Notes under the pieces: generated by a model
Databases searched by the model: none
What the model saw: only the letters and a program-made list of their open reading frames with translations
What the model was told of the DNA's origin: nothing
From: Octopus sinensis
Taxonomy: Eukaryota
Direction of reading: 5' to 3'
NCBI RefSeq assembly: GCF_006345805.1
Contig: NC_043009.1
Span: 39,556,001-39,620,000, forward strand
Length of the DNA stretch: 64,000 bases
Shown here: positions 26,085 through 39,395 of the stretch, piece after piece
Layout: the number at the start of each line of letters is the position of its first letter
How positions within the stretch are numbered: the stretch's first letter is position 1
Translations under genes and position numbers: made by a program

Positions 26085-26977
26085 TAAAAGGCGCGGTGAT
26101 TAAACTGGCCGTCTAAATTACGCAAAACTGAAAATAACACTGATATCTCATGTTAACAGATATATTTACCAATATTACATGAAAATATCTTGAAATTCTA
26201 AAGAATACATTTATTCAATAAAATCACCATTGGCTTCAAACACGGCCTACAGACAACTTCGGAATCTTCTGCAACTCTTCTGGACGGTCTCCTTGCTTAA
26301 GTCGGTGAATACTGCCATAAATCTTGCCTTCAATGCATCTTTGATGTTACAAGGAGTATTGTTAGTCTCTCACTCAACTATACCCACACATAATATTCAA
26401 GGTGGTTGCGGTCTGGGGAGTTAGACGGCTAAATGTTAGGGTTGATGTGAACGCAGAAATTGCATGATAGCCATGAGTGGCGTCTCCTGCTTGTAAGGCA
26501 TGGTGCAGAGTCCTGTTGGTAGACATAGGATCTTCCAGCAGTAAACGTCTTGACCCAGAGCAGCACTACCTTCTCCAGGCACTTGATGTAGGCCTCCGTG
26601 TTGAGTGTGAGGCCATGTGCGAAGATGTATGGAGGCATAATGTCACCTTCACTAGCGATCACTCCAAACACATGATGTTGACTAGATGTTTGGTTTTTAT
26701 CACTCCCTGAACATGCCCTTAGATTGCATTGTCCTCAGATTGACACCCAAACACTCTGAAATATTCGTAACATCCAGCTTCCGGCGCGAATGCCTAGCAG
26801 TACAGCATGTCGTTTCCCAATTTCTGGCAGAGTGAACAGCGTCATGGTGCTGTTTTTTCTCGCAGACGGTGCCCAACTGAACCTACTGTACTGTGTAGTC
26901 GACAAAATCAAAAACAAACATTGTGCATGCGCAAAATTAAAAGTATAGCATTGTGACAATTTACCCATCGCAACCTG
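26085..26977 (-). mobile_element. maT/DD37D-like Tc1-mariner element, internally deleted
   Basis: MFGVIASEGDIMPPYIF...YVYQQDSAPC followed by PSNSPDRNHLEYYVW (SPDxNPLDY-like). Imperfect terminal inverted repeats at about 26086-26112 and 26951-26977. Confidence 0.8.
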
Positions 26978-27935
26978 TGTGCGTGTGTTTGTGTGTATGT
27001 GTTTGTGTGTGTGTGCGCCAAATATGTACGTGTAAATATGCTTATGTATGTATGTATGTATGTATGTATGTATGTATGTATGTATCCATACATACACACG
27101 CGCCCACACATACCCAAACTGAAATCAACTTTCACCTCACCAAGCAGACACCATGATAACCCGTTTGTAATTATCATGCACACACACAACACACACACAC
27201 ACACATACACACGCACACGTGCAGAAATATACACATCTGGTGTAGTATGTGTGTTTTACAATTATTTTTGCATAGAACGAAAGAAGAAGAGTGGCAGTGA
27301 GTTGGACATAAATGTATGACGAAAAACTTTGGCACCTAATAATATAGAGTAATTATTATGACAACAATAAAAGTAAAAGTGATATAACATGTCTGATAGT
27401 TTTAATGGAGACATTAATTACAATGTTTCGTTCCTACACACGATCTTAGATCAAATCACTTGTCAAACAAAACAGCTTAATCTACATCATCTCTGTTTTC
27501 TTTTCTATCTGTCTGTCTGTCTTCTCAATCTCATTGCTCTCTTTCTCTCTNNNNNNNNNNNNNNNNNNNNNNNNNNNNNNNNNNNNNNNNNNNNNNNNNN
27601 NNNNNNNNNNNNNNNNNNNNNNNNNNNNNNNNNNNNNNNNNNNNNNNNNNAAAACAAAACATTGTGCATGCGCAAAAATTAAAAGTATAGCATTGTGACA
27701 ATTTACCCATCAGCAACCTGTTGCGTGTGTTTGTGTGTATGTGTTTGTGTGTGTGTGCGCCAAATATGTACGTGGTAAATATGCTTATGTATGTATGTAT
27801 GTATGTATGTATGTATGTATGTATGTATGTATGTATGTATCCATACATACACACGCGCCCACACATACCCAAACTGAAATCAACTTTCACCTGTTCAAAG
27901 CAGACACCATTGATAACCCGTTTGTAATTCATTCA

Positions 27936-27970
<35 letters not shown>

Positions 27971-28315
27971 ACGCACACGTGCAGAAATATACACATCTGG
28001 TGTTAGTATGTGTTGTTTTACAATTATTTTTGCCATAGAACGAAGAAGAAGAGTGGCAGTGAGTTGGACATAAATGTATGACGAAATACTTTGGCACCTA
28101 ATAATATAGATTAATATTATGACAACAATAAAAGTAAAAGTGAATATAACATTGTCTGAATAGTTTTAATGGAGACATTAATTACAATGTTTTCGTTCCT
28201 ACACACGATCTTAGATCAAATCACTTGTCAAACAAAAACAGCTTAACAATCTCTGTCATTCTCTTTCTCTATCTGTCTGTCTGTCTCTCTCAATCTCATT
28301 TGCTCTCTTTCTCTC
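26911..28315 (+). repeat. About 640-bp sequence duplicated either side of the N gap
   Basis: 26911-27550 reappears at 27651 to about 28315 with many single-base insertions. Confidence 0.9.
27551..27650. other. Assembly gap (100 N)
   Basis: Direct reading. Confidence 1.
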
Positions 28316-28953
28316 TCTCTCTCTCTCCTCTATCTCTCTCGCTCTCTCTCTCTCTTTACGTGTGTGTATGTGTATGTGTGAATACACGTTATCTATCTAT
28401 CTATCTATCTATTCTATCTATCTATCTATCTATATCTATCTATATCTATCATCTATCTATCTATCTATCTATCTATCTGTCAATCTAACTATCTATTATC
28501 TATTTATTTATCTGTACACCTCCACACCCACACATATATATGTATATATGTATGTACGTATGTATGTATATTTGTACGTATGTATGTATGTATGTATGTA
28601 TATATATATATATTAGAGTATCGTACAATACCCACACTCACACGCACAAACACACGTGCGTACACAGGACACAAACACAGAGACGCGTATAAATCTACAT
28701 ACAAAAGGTGCGCCGGATATTTGTTAAGTATAACGGGCTATAAATGAAAGGTACCTAATGTATTGTTTATATACACAGCCATTGACACACGCACACAAAT
28801 ATGTATTCATATACAGATTGCATATACATATATATACATATAAGTATCTATTAATGTACATAAATATATATATATATATATATATATCGATATATGTGTG
28901 TGCGTATATATATATATTTATATAGATAATCGTGTGAAAGAGAGAGGCACGCA

Positions 28954-29078
<125 letters not shown>

Positions 29079-29379
29079 AAAAGATAAATGGCTATTTTCA
29101 TTAGCTCGGCCATAAAGGGATTGGGTCGTATCTTAAATGGCTGCTAATCTGAAGTTTCTGTTATTGTTTTTTTTATTATTTTTTTGTTTTACGTTTGCAC
29201 TTAGAGAGCTTTAGGTCGACTTCGTCGGTGTAGTTCTGCTTAATTTTCTTCAGTTGTTTTTTTTCCGCTAATTTTAGTTTATTTTTTCTTGTTTTTATTG
29301 ACTCCCGTATCTCCAGGTAACTGGATGGCACTACAGTAAAGAAGAGGTGAGGACCCAATGTCAGATTCTGCGGATAGGT

Positions 29380-29720
29380 TAAAGACAGCTGGCATCCCTA
29401 TTTATCCGTTTTACTGCTGTAGTTGAACAATCTCCTCCTACACTTTCCACTTGTAGCTTCATTAAGCATGCGTTGGTGAAAGATCTTTTCGCCTCTTATT
29501 TGGTTCCTGGCAATGAGAACCGGCTAATCTCCTCCACCAAAACAGACAAGTCGAGCATCACTTTGAGAACAGTACCCTCTTTTGGAACTCCTTTTTTATG
29601 TCTCTCCTGCTAATTTTCTTTTCCTATATTCCTGATTCAGCAGACAAAACGATATGCTTTTCTTTTGATTTACGCTACTGGACGTTTAGCAACTTGGGGG
29701 CAATGTACTTCACCTTACGT
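29380..29720 (-). mobile_element. Decayed RTE-like LINE 5' (endonuclease) fragment
   Basis: Weak WNVRTL-like and DIxALSETR-like remnants on the reverse strand. Confidence 0.35.
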
Positions 29721-29959
29721 CAGCCGGTTCCACGGGTAGTTGTTAGTTAACGTGGTTAAGGAAAAATAACAACTGCTTTAGATACATGCAGATCTCCCTC
29801 GTGTTACGTCATCCGTAGTCAATTTTACAGTATTACAAACGACACTGCAAAATGAAGACAAAACGAACCGAGCATGAGATCATATTGACTCGATATAAAG
29901 TGTTTGTGTGCGTGCGCGCGTGTGTGTGCATGTGCGCGTGTGTTTTGCTGATATCAATA

Positions 29960-30122
29960 GGCGTAGGAGTGGCTGTGTGGTAAGCAGCTTGCTTACCAAC
30001 CGCAAGATTCCGGGTTCAGTTCCACTGCGTGGCACCTTGGGCAAGTGTCTTCTACTATAGCCTCGGTCCAACCAAGGCCTTGTGAGTGGATTTGGTAGAC
30101 GGAAACTGAAAGAAGCCCGTCG

Positions 30123-30184
<62 letters not shown>

Positions 30185-30190
30185 TATATA

Positions 30191-30233
<43 letters not shown>

Positions 30234-30236
30234 TGT

Positions 30237-30274
<38 letters not shown>

Positions 30275-30486
30275 TGTGTCTGTGTTTGTTCCCCCAGCAT
30301 CGCTTGACAACCGATGCTGGTGTGTTTACGTTCGCGTAACTTAGCGGTTTGGCAAAAGAGACCGATGAAATAAGTACTAGGTTTACAAAGAATAAGTCCT
30401 GGGGTCAATTTGCTCGACTAAAGGCGGTGCTCAGTATGGCCGCAGTCAAATGACTGAAACAAATAAGAGAGTAAAAGAATAAAAGA
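29960..30486 (+). mobile_element. Full-length SINE family B with internal (TA)n(TG)n
   Basis: GGCGTAGGAGTGGCTGTGTGGTAAG (A box), GGGTTCAGTTCC (B box), internal microsatellite, and tail ...GACTGAAACAAATAAGAGAGTAAAAGAATAAAAGA. Confidence 0.9.
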
Positions 30487-30584
30487 CTTCATGTGAAGCA
30501 GATTTTCAGTTAGTTTCAAAGAATAAAATTCTCCAATTCTTTTAGAGCTGTCAGGAGCCACAGCACGAATATATGTAAATATAT

Positions 30585-30775
30585 ATATATATATACGACG
30601 GGCTTCATTGGAGCCTCCTCCGAGCAATATCCGCTTACAAAGTATTCCTTGGCCCAAGGTTCTGGTAGAGAACATTTCTCTAAGGTCTAAGTTGTCGCAC
30701 TGCGGTACAGAACCGGAAACTAATTCGTTGCGAAGTGACCTTTTCCATCAAACCGCAATACGGGTGTCTATGTCC
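30585..30775 (-). mobile_element. Degenerate 5' half of SINE family B
   Basis: TATATACGACGGGCTTC...ACTTACAA-like and CAGAACCGGAAAC segments mirror the family B head. Confidence 0.55.
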
Positions 30776-31554
30776 ACACACCCGTACTAATTTGTTTGCA
30801 TTTAAATGCTTGCGTATAAACGATGAAACAAAAGAACTGGACTCTCTCTCACAAACACATACAAGCTCATACACACAGAGACACACAGACGTACAAAATG
30901 TGTGTAGTAATCTGGAAAATTTAAGTAATGTATCATACAAAATTGACCTGGCCTTTGATATGATCGAACAGCACTTATTATTAATAGTGAACCTAACAAT
31001 AAACCTAATTATCTTTCTTTGAAGAATACTAAGTTAAAACATTTATTTGCTCCTCTAGGTCGAAAGGTAACTTTCTTTGTGTTACACACTAAGGATATTT
31101 AATATTTTTGCATTAATGTAGTTTTTAGTTTCAAAGGATTTCTGACAATCAGTAAAATTCAATTAGTGTAACGTTTTTTGCCATTTTGCTTTCCTTTTGT
31201 TGAACTTATATAAATTGTCTAATTATCTCGGTCATTAAAAGTTCCGCTATAACAAGTAAGTTCATACCTCCCTGATAAGGTCTAATACGCCTGAAACATG
31301 TACGTCTCTTTTGATCGTATTTACCAAAGATTAAACACATTTTCCACTGCATACTTGTATTCAGGGTTTAACTAATTTGAATTTCAGAGTTGCTTTCTTT
31401 TTCAACATGCACAAGCTATTTTTTAAAAGCATACCCCCCGACACACACACATATACATATATGTGTGTGTGTGTGTGTGTGTGCGTGCGTGCGTGCGTGT
31501 GTGTGTGTGTATGTGTGTGTGTGTGTGGTGTGTGTGTGTGTGTGTATTTTTTTT

Positions 31555-32010
31555 CTGTCTGCCATTCCTGGGAGGATCGCATGTTTAGGGTCTTTCAGGT
31601 ACCTTTTTCATTAATTCCGGTCATAAGTAACTATCATTACATTATCTGGTTGGATTCCTAAGCGTAAGCAACTGTGACTAAGGATATCCCCCAGCCGTCT
31701 CATTTTTTGGTCTTTCCTGAGGTCTCCTGCCAGTTGGCTCGGTTTGAAGAAACTGTCTTGCGATTTTTTTCTCGCGACATTCTAGTAACATATCCGTTCA
31801 ACCGGAACTATGAGTTTTCAATACGGGGAAGTAGCAGCTCGACTTGACGAGACACTCTGATCTCCTATCAATGCACCCTGCCGAGTAACATTACTCCCGG
31901 GATCAATGGGAAAACCTCCCACATCGGCCGCTCGTATTCGAGATCGTACACTTTCAGTCATTACCCAATACTTCTGACCATAGACTGAAGAACACATCTG
32001 AAGATTTCAT
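31555..32010 (-). mobile_element. RTE LINE 3' end
   Basis: RMSREKIARQFLQTEPTGRRPQERPKMRRLGDILSHSCLRLGIQPDNVMIVTYDR matches the RTE C-terminal GxRPRGRP...SRLGIxP...DR. Confidence 0.75.
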
Positions 32011-32747
32011 GTTATTATTTTTCTTATATTTCACGAATTAATATCACTTTGACTTTCAGCTTGAATCTTTTGTTTGTAATCTAAAATAGTTTATTTGAAC
32101 TTGTTTTTCTTTTCCTAACAGCAATTTGAAGTTTACTTCGGAGAAAAACATGCAGCTTCTTACTCAACAACCTTAACTTCCATTTGCCTCTTTGATATTC
32201 TAGAGAAACCTGATCCTCAGAAACATGTCGTTTAATCTCAATCACTTTCATATTACTCTGCTTTAAAAATCAATTCAGTTTCCAATCTGCGTTTCCAAAT
32301 TGAAGTAAGGAACGTGCACGGGCTTAAAGTAACATCGCTTTATTTTAAATCTCATATATTCTGCATGACTTCTCTGAAGCCATGCAACGTTGACGAATTT
32401 AAAACAAATATTGAATGCACTGAAGATACTTGAAGCCTTAGATTTCTCAGCGGGAAGTTCTTTTAGAGTTAATAACAGAACTCCATCTACTGATAAGGTA
32501 TATCAGATAAAATATTTATGTTTATGTTTCACATGACCATTTTTTTTTTATTCGCAAAACGAATGAAGTTTTTAACAAATGTAAAAGGATAAATTTACAA
32601 CTTGTTTTGCAAGTGTGAACCCGCACCAGTGCGCGCGCACGCATATTCTCCTATACATATATACACATACATACATAAATGTATATACACAAACACACAT
32701 ATCTATCAATCTATCAATCTATCTATTTATCTATCTATCTATCTATC

Positions 32748-32788
<41 letters not shown>

Positions 32789-32793
32789 ATATC

Positions 32794-32828
<35 letters not shown>

Positions 32829-32961
32829 TATATATATATTCTATATATATACTTATAATTAGGGCTCAGCAAAGATTTGCTTTACCGCTACTTAATTAAT
32901 TAATTTTACCCTTTGTTATTATATATATATATATAAGAAAAAATATATATGTGTATATATA

Positions 32962-33002
<41 letters not shown>

Positions 33003-33069
33003 AGATAGATAGACAGACATAAATAGATAGATAGATAGATAGATAGATAGATGATAGATAGATAGATGA

Positions 33070-33390
33070 TATGTTTCTTTATTAGCCACACAGGGCTGCA
33101 CACAGATAGAACAAATTACAAGGTAGAGCTTTTCTTTTGAAGGTATTAAAAAAAAAAAAAAAAAAAAGGAAGGGGGGGTTCGATCAAAAGGGATCGTAAA
33201 AGGATAGAAAGAGGACAAAAAAAGGGGGGTTAAAAAAAAAAAAAAAAAAAAAAGGGGGGGAGAGGAAAAAAAATATAGGGATCGTTATCACAGAAATGTC
33301 AATATGAAGTGTAAAGGGGAGACAGGTGAGGTTTACCCGTGGAAAGAAAAGCCTGCGGAAAAGACACGGTAACTCGCAATAAGTCACATT
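33070..33390 (-). mobile_element. Probable LINE 3' UTR ending AATAAAG plus (TCTA)n
   Basis: Reverse strand ends CTATCTGTGTGCAGCCCTGTGTGGCTAATAAAGAAACATA then (TCTA)n; this resembles SINE family A tail type 2. Confidence 0.5.
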
Positions 33391-33524
33391 TTAATTTTCT
33401 TTTTTTTTTTTTTTTTTTTTTTTTTCAAATAAGCACTCTCTGTTTTCGATTTCTGGGTTCATAGGACTATGGATGGATAGATAGATAGATAGATATATAG
33501 ATAGATAGATAGATAGATAGATAG

Positions 33525-33567
<43 letters not shown>

Positions 33568-33599
33568 CCTCCTGCATTAGCTTACTTTCTCGTCACAAA

Positions 33600-34240
33600 A
33601 AATGGAAAAATTTTAAAATCAAATTGTAACGTCATGAAAAATGGATCCAATACAACATCCGTAAACGTCCGTCCAAAAAGCAAAATTCATCAAAAGATGC
33701 CGATAGTGTGTTTTTGGTGGCCTGGCGCAGCTGTGATCTATTATGATTTCATTAAACCTGGCTTATCAACCACGGCCAAACTATACTGCAGGCAACTGGA
33801 CCAAATGATGCAGAAACTTACCAACAACAAACAAATAAAAAACACAGCCCAGAATAGTCAATAGATCCACTTCTATTTTATTGCAAGGCGACGTCAGACC
33901 ACACATCTCAGAAGTGGCATTAGCGAAACTACAGTCGCTGGAGTTGCAAGTTCTCCATCATCCACCATACTCACCTGATCTTGCCCCCACTGACTACCAC
34001 CAGTCTCAAGAATATGGATAACTTTTTGATAGGAAAGAAATTTAATTCCGACGTTGCTGTGGCCTTCCAAGATTTTATTGCCTCTAGATTGCCAAGCTTT
34101 TACAGTTCCGGGCTGGACAAGCTACCGCTGAAATCGCAGACAATACGGGTACATACTTTGATGAATAAAACTATTCGTTGTAGTCATAATGCATTAGCAA
34201 ACTTTTTTCTTTTCTACAAATTTCATACTTGACGACCTAA
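33600..34240 (+). mobile_element. Mariner 3' half with right TIR
   Basis: CFWW...VIYYDFIKPGLSTTAKLYCRQLDQM, LLQGDVRPH, LHHPPYSPDLAPTDYH. Ends TTTCATACTTGACGACCTAA|TA. Confidence 0.9.
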
Positions 34241-34739
34241 TATATACATATATATATACTTGTGTGTCTGTGTATGTATGTAGGCATATATATAATATGT
34301 ATATACGTATTAATGTATGTATGTATATATACACACACATACATAGAGAATGATATCGCCAATGCTAGAAGAAAAAATATATACAGATTAGATGCAAGAC
34401 TTTTTGCTAAAGAAAAACAGTAAAATTTAATCTAAAGACTCACAAGTTCAAAATAACGTCAATATGTAAACGAATTAATTCATGTATTAGCATTACATAA
34501 TTTATGTTAAAGATAACTCTGAAAAAAGAAAGAAAAAAACGAATCCAGCACTAAACGAGACGAAGGAACAACCGAAGAGAACTGGAAAGAAAGTACACCC
34601 GTTGTTCATAAAATACTGGCCAGGTATTTTTTTTAACAAACTCAATCGCTTTGCGGCGTTACCCAAATGCGACGAAATTCCTTGTGTTTTAATTGAGGAA
34701 AATTATTCTTCTACGATGTCATAGTTATATGCTGTAATA

Positions 34740-34920
34740 AGGCGGCGCTCTGCAAGAATCATTAGCATACTGGAAAAAATGCTTCCAGGCATTTTGTCCG
34801 TCTTCTCAATTCAAATTATGCCGGCATCAACAAAATAAGTACCGCTTGAGTACCGACTCGATATCATCAACTTATCCCCGCCCCACGAAATTGCTGGCCT
34901 CGTGCCAAAAGCTAAAAGAC
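34740..34920 (+). mobile_element. Highly degenerate SINE family A
   Basis: AAGGCGGCGCTCTGCAAGAATCATTAGC...AAAATAAGTACC...GAAATTGCTGGCCTCGTGCCAAAA. Confidence 0.6.
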
Positions 34921-34986
34921 TCATTATATACTGTATCTGTATCATTTGATTGTATCTGATGGCATAACATATTGATGGGCTTACTA

Positions 34987-35520
34987 CGAGGGTGAGTCAA
35001 AAACTAATGCCATTTGTTTAGGACAGGTATAATTACCAACACAGGTAACATGTATCATACATCAAAATGAATCTGGTCCTCTGTGGATTACATCTCTACT
35101 TCTCAACATAGTCACCGTTTCTCTCAATAGCAATGTTCCACCTTCAAATGAGGGCATGTAACCCTGCCCCGTAAAATTCTGTTGACTGTTCTTTAAGCCA
35201 GTTCTTCACTATAGTTTTCACTTTCTCGTCAATGGACTATCATCTCTTCGGCCCCGTGAAAAAGGGTTTGAGAGGCAAATGTTATTCCAGTGACGAGGAA
35301 GTGAAAGCTGTAGTGAAGAAGTGGCTCAAAGAACAATCGACAGGGATACATGCTCTCATTCAAAGGTGGAACATCGCTATTGAGAGAAACGGTGACTATG
35401 TTGAGGAGTAAGGATGGAATCCACAGAGGACCAGCTTCCTTTTGATATATGATACATGTTCCTGTGTTAGTAATTATACCTGTCCTAATATAAATGGTAT
35501 TACTTTTTGACTAACCCTCG
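34987..35520. mobile_element. Fold-back mariner derivative made of two inverted 3' ends
   Basis: TA|CGAGGGTGAGTCAAAA ... TTTTGACTAACCCTCG|TA. 34987-35231 is the reverse complement of 35291-35520, and both arms encode the mariner C-terminus (RWNIAIERNGDYVE). Confidence 0.9.
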
Positions 35521-35869
35521 TATATGCACACAAGTGTCAGTAACGTATTTTGAGGAAAAGGTTTTTAATGCATTAAATCAAATAATATAGATCCATTTTC
35601 GAATATAGGACCCAGGGTGGTTTTTCAAGAGATATTTTGGGAAAAATATTGCGCCGAAGATATCAAATATCGTGTGTACATGTTTTTATACGTAATGTAT
35701 GAAAAACGGTGCATTGCTCATTAGTATTGTCGGATCCTCTGCAATAATTAAGCTGGATAATATTAACGTTTGAACTACGGCAGGACGTAACCTGCAAGAA
35801 AAAATACAAGGGGCGAAGAAAATTCCAGACGGACGATGTTTTGAGGAGGAAGGAATGGGTTTAAAGTTT

Positions 35870-36400
35870 AATGTGGAATCGAGACAGCTTCATGCAACCA
35901 ATGTGAGAACCGTAAAAATGAGTGAGACATGAGTTTCTGAGTAATGGGAGTACGAAAGGAGTTATCTTTGGGGACAGTGGAAATCACAGTGGAGAGAGAA
36001 CTGACAGAACCGATGAGACAGCATACCTGTGGACTAGAGGTTGATGTTTTCTCATTGGTGAATATATTCGGCATATTCGGGTGGCCCTGTCTCACGTGTG
36101 GTCTAGGATATCTGTACGCATAGTGGCAGCAACCTTTTCAGATGTGGAAGCACCACTGCACTCTGGTCTACTCTTGAGCCTGGTATAATTTAAGCAGCGG
36201 CTGATGGTCAACAGGCCTTCTACAAGGAAGAGAGGAAACGGTTTGGGGGATGCTAACCTAGTAATGTTAGCATGTGTTTTTGCCACCAGAGATCCTCAAT
36301 GATAGTGAAACCCAACATCTGGCGTGTCTAAAAGGGTTCTAACTGAGAACCAATCATATTAGCGGTGTTGTGAAGAGATGGTGTTTCCTTGATAGGATTG
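35870..36400 (-). mobile_element. Decayed Penelope-like 3' (GIY-YIG) region
   Basis: Frame-broken resemblance to the Penelope endonuclease tail (RFAEH-like and HF...SVLSLH-like segments). Confidence 0.4.
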
Positions 36401-36781
36401 ATTTTACAACTAAATCAAAACAAATGCTCAGCACATATTGTGAAGATTAAATATATTTATAAACAAGTTGACTGAAATTGCGACTTTGCTTGTAAATTGT
36501 CTGGGTTTGTTACCTTCGTAACCGACGATCTAGGCGCCTCTTTATATCAACGAAACTGGCGAGAATGAGTTATCCTCTAAGTATAGACACAAATATGTGT
36601 GTGTGTGCATGTGTGCATGTGCATCTGTATGTACTGTTGTGTATGCACGTACACGCGTGCGTTTGTGTGTGTGTATTCTTGCGCATGTATGTAAGGTATG
36701 CTTGCTTGTAAGATTATTTTAAACGAAATTGCATGCTCCCATTCTATCTATCCATCTATCTATGTATCTATCTATCTATCT

Positions 36782-36968
36782 TATTTCTTTATTGCCCACA
36801 AGGGGCTAAACATAGAGAGAACAGACTAACTGGTACTTTATTTATCGACCCCAAAAGGATGAAAGGCAAAGTCAACCTCGGCGGAATTTGAGCTCAGAAC
36901 ATAACGGCAGACGAAATACCGCTATCCATTTCGCCCGGCGTGCTAACGTTTCTGCCAGCTCGCCGCCT
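36782..36968 (-). mobile_element. SINE family A, tail type 2, with internal deletion
   Basis: Near-identical to 3301-3531 apart from a deletion of about 40 bp. Confidence 0.85.
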
Positions 36969-36969
36969 G

Positions 36970-37001
<32 letters not shown>

Positions 37002-37069
37002 ATATATATATATATATATATTATATATAGATATATATATATATATACATATATATATACATATATATA

Positions 37070-37114
<45 letters not shown>

Positions 37115-37193
37115 TATATACGTGTGACATGTGTGTGGATGGAAAGAGATATATATAATATATACATATATAATATATATATACATACATATA

Positions 37194-37224
<31 letters not shown>

Positions 37225-38311
37225 AACTACAAGCAAGAGAGAGAGGGAGAGGGAGAGAGAGAAAGAGAGAAAGAAATCGAGCCTCACGGTCCAGATCGCC
37301 TTCATAATTTCTCTATTATCATTTGAACATAAACAGTATGGTTTCCATCACATGATTTATCGCTGCCACTGTGAATATTCCGGTGAATTAGTTTGAACAG
37401 GAGACGTGATGATGACACACAGACGAGTTAAAAATCGTTTTTAACGTACAAACATCTCTGGATAAATACATAACTTAATGGCAACAAACAAATGTCAAAT
37501 TATCATCTGAGTATCTTCTCCTCCACGACCCGCACAATGTTGTCACACGACAGTAATTTCTAGCCTGAACACTAAACCACCCATCCCTTCTTGTTTTACA
37601 CCAACCTGCATTATTTTAAAATGTCCAGGAAAGAAAACAACAGTCTCAATTATGTATTGTAAAAACAAACACATCAATTTAGTTTTTCATATAGCTTTTT
37701 TCTAATATATCTATATATATATATATATAGTTGTCTTTTTTTGTTTGTGTTTATATGAACATTCAGATAGTGATTTGTTTCATATTTTATGTATTTATTT
37801 ATTTGTATGTCATCCCTTGAATAATTACAATGGATAACTTCTATGAGAAGGCAGCTTTATTCTATTTCTCACACAATACATTTATGTTAAGCTATTAATT
37901 TCTATTTGTCTGCTATGTGCAAATCGTGCCATTTCTTTATAATTTTGTTTTAAAAGCCAGCATTACAAAGGGAGATCATCTCCTATATCTGAAATTATAT
38001 TTTTGGTAAAACAATAAAACTATATATTCACGAATTCACAGACACGTTCCGTTCAGAGTGTACATGCATGCGTACGTACATACTTATGAATACATATTTG
38101 TATGTATGAATGTATGTATGTATGCATGCATTTCCATATGTGTGTGTATGTAGCTATCGCCTTGTGTGAAACACCATAAACACACTCCCATGCTTAATAC
38201 ACTCGTATGTCGGTATGAACACTCATGTATATATACATATGCTCGCATAATATACCACCAAATACATACATACATATATATATAAATATATACAGAGAGA
38301 GAGAGAGAGAG

Positions 38312-38375
<64 letters not shown>

Positions 38376-38518
38376 TGATAGATAGACAGACAGATAGATA
38401 GATAAGTATACATATAATTATATACGTGCATATACATACATGTATATATATGCATATATTATATTTTTATATGTACACATAGACAAACACACGCACTCAC
38501 GCACACACACATTCACAC

Positions 38519-38550
<32 letters not shown>

Positions 38551-39143
38551 CTTTGATACTTTGATAGGTTTCGGCCACACACTCCACTTATATGTCTCTC
38601 TCTGAATAAATATATGGTATTCATCCCCACTTATATAGCTATATATAATGTATGCGTATGTCTCTGTGTGTGTGTGTATGTGTACGAAGAGGAAAATTAA
38701 AGAACGAATCAAATATACAGTAATAAAACCTATTGTTGCTGAATAACATAAAATCTAAGCAATCAATTAATATTTTTATTTTCCAGTTTATTGTCTTCTC
38801 TAATCACGTGATAAAGACAACACTGATTGATAAAGTACTTGGTATTGTGGAGATCTAGTTAGAACACTCAAGTTTCATTGTTCAGGGTAGTATCAGCTGC
38901 TTTAAATTAGAAACTTCTGAAATGAAACCGTATTTTTCTAAATGAAATCTTGATATAAAGTTTACATTTAAACATAAAATAAATTTTAAGAAAGCACTTT
39001 TGTCATAATGATCGGCAAAAGAAAGTAGGTGCTTCCATATCGTATCTCAATATCTTTGTGAAGTGTTATATACACATTATTATATTTGTTATAACTTAAT
39101 GCTATTCTCTGCAAATATTGTATTTCACTTCTACTTATTGCAG

Positions 39144-39212
39144 ACAGAAGTCCGAAAATGCAAAACACTTAAACAAGGCTGTACAAAGTATTCAATAGCA
39201 GTCCTTTGCGCC
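39144..39212 (+). CDS. Candidate 69-nt exon (unverified)
   Basis: Strong acceptor tgtatttcacttctacttattgcag|A and weaker donor GCC|gtaata; reads TEVRKCKTLKQGCTKYSIAVLCA. Confidence 0.15.
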
Positions 39213-39395
39213 GTAATATGAACTCCACGTGCATGTATTGCAGAGCAGCGTTGCAGTTCTAAGATGATGATTTCATAACTTGCTTTCGATTCTAGCATGA
39301 AACCATTGCTATTCTAGTTGGTAATGTCTTGAATGTCATATATAACTTTTTCCATTTTCTTAGAGCTTGTGTCTAGTATTTTGTATACATTTATA

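Noticed and set aside
31268-31305. Hammerhead-like CTGATAA...GAAACATGTACGTC
   Set aside because: G8 is lost, stem II is only 2-3 bp and there is no stem I complement.
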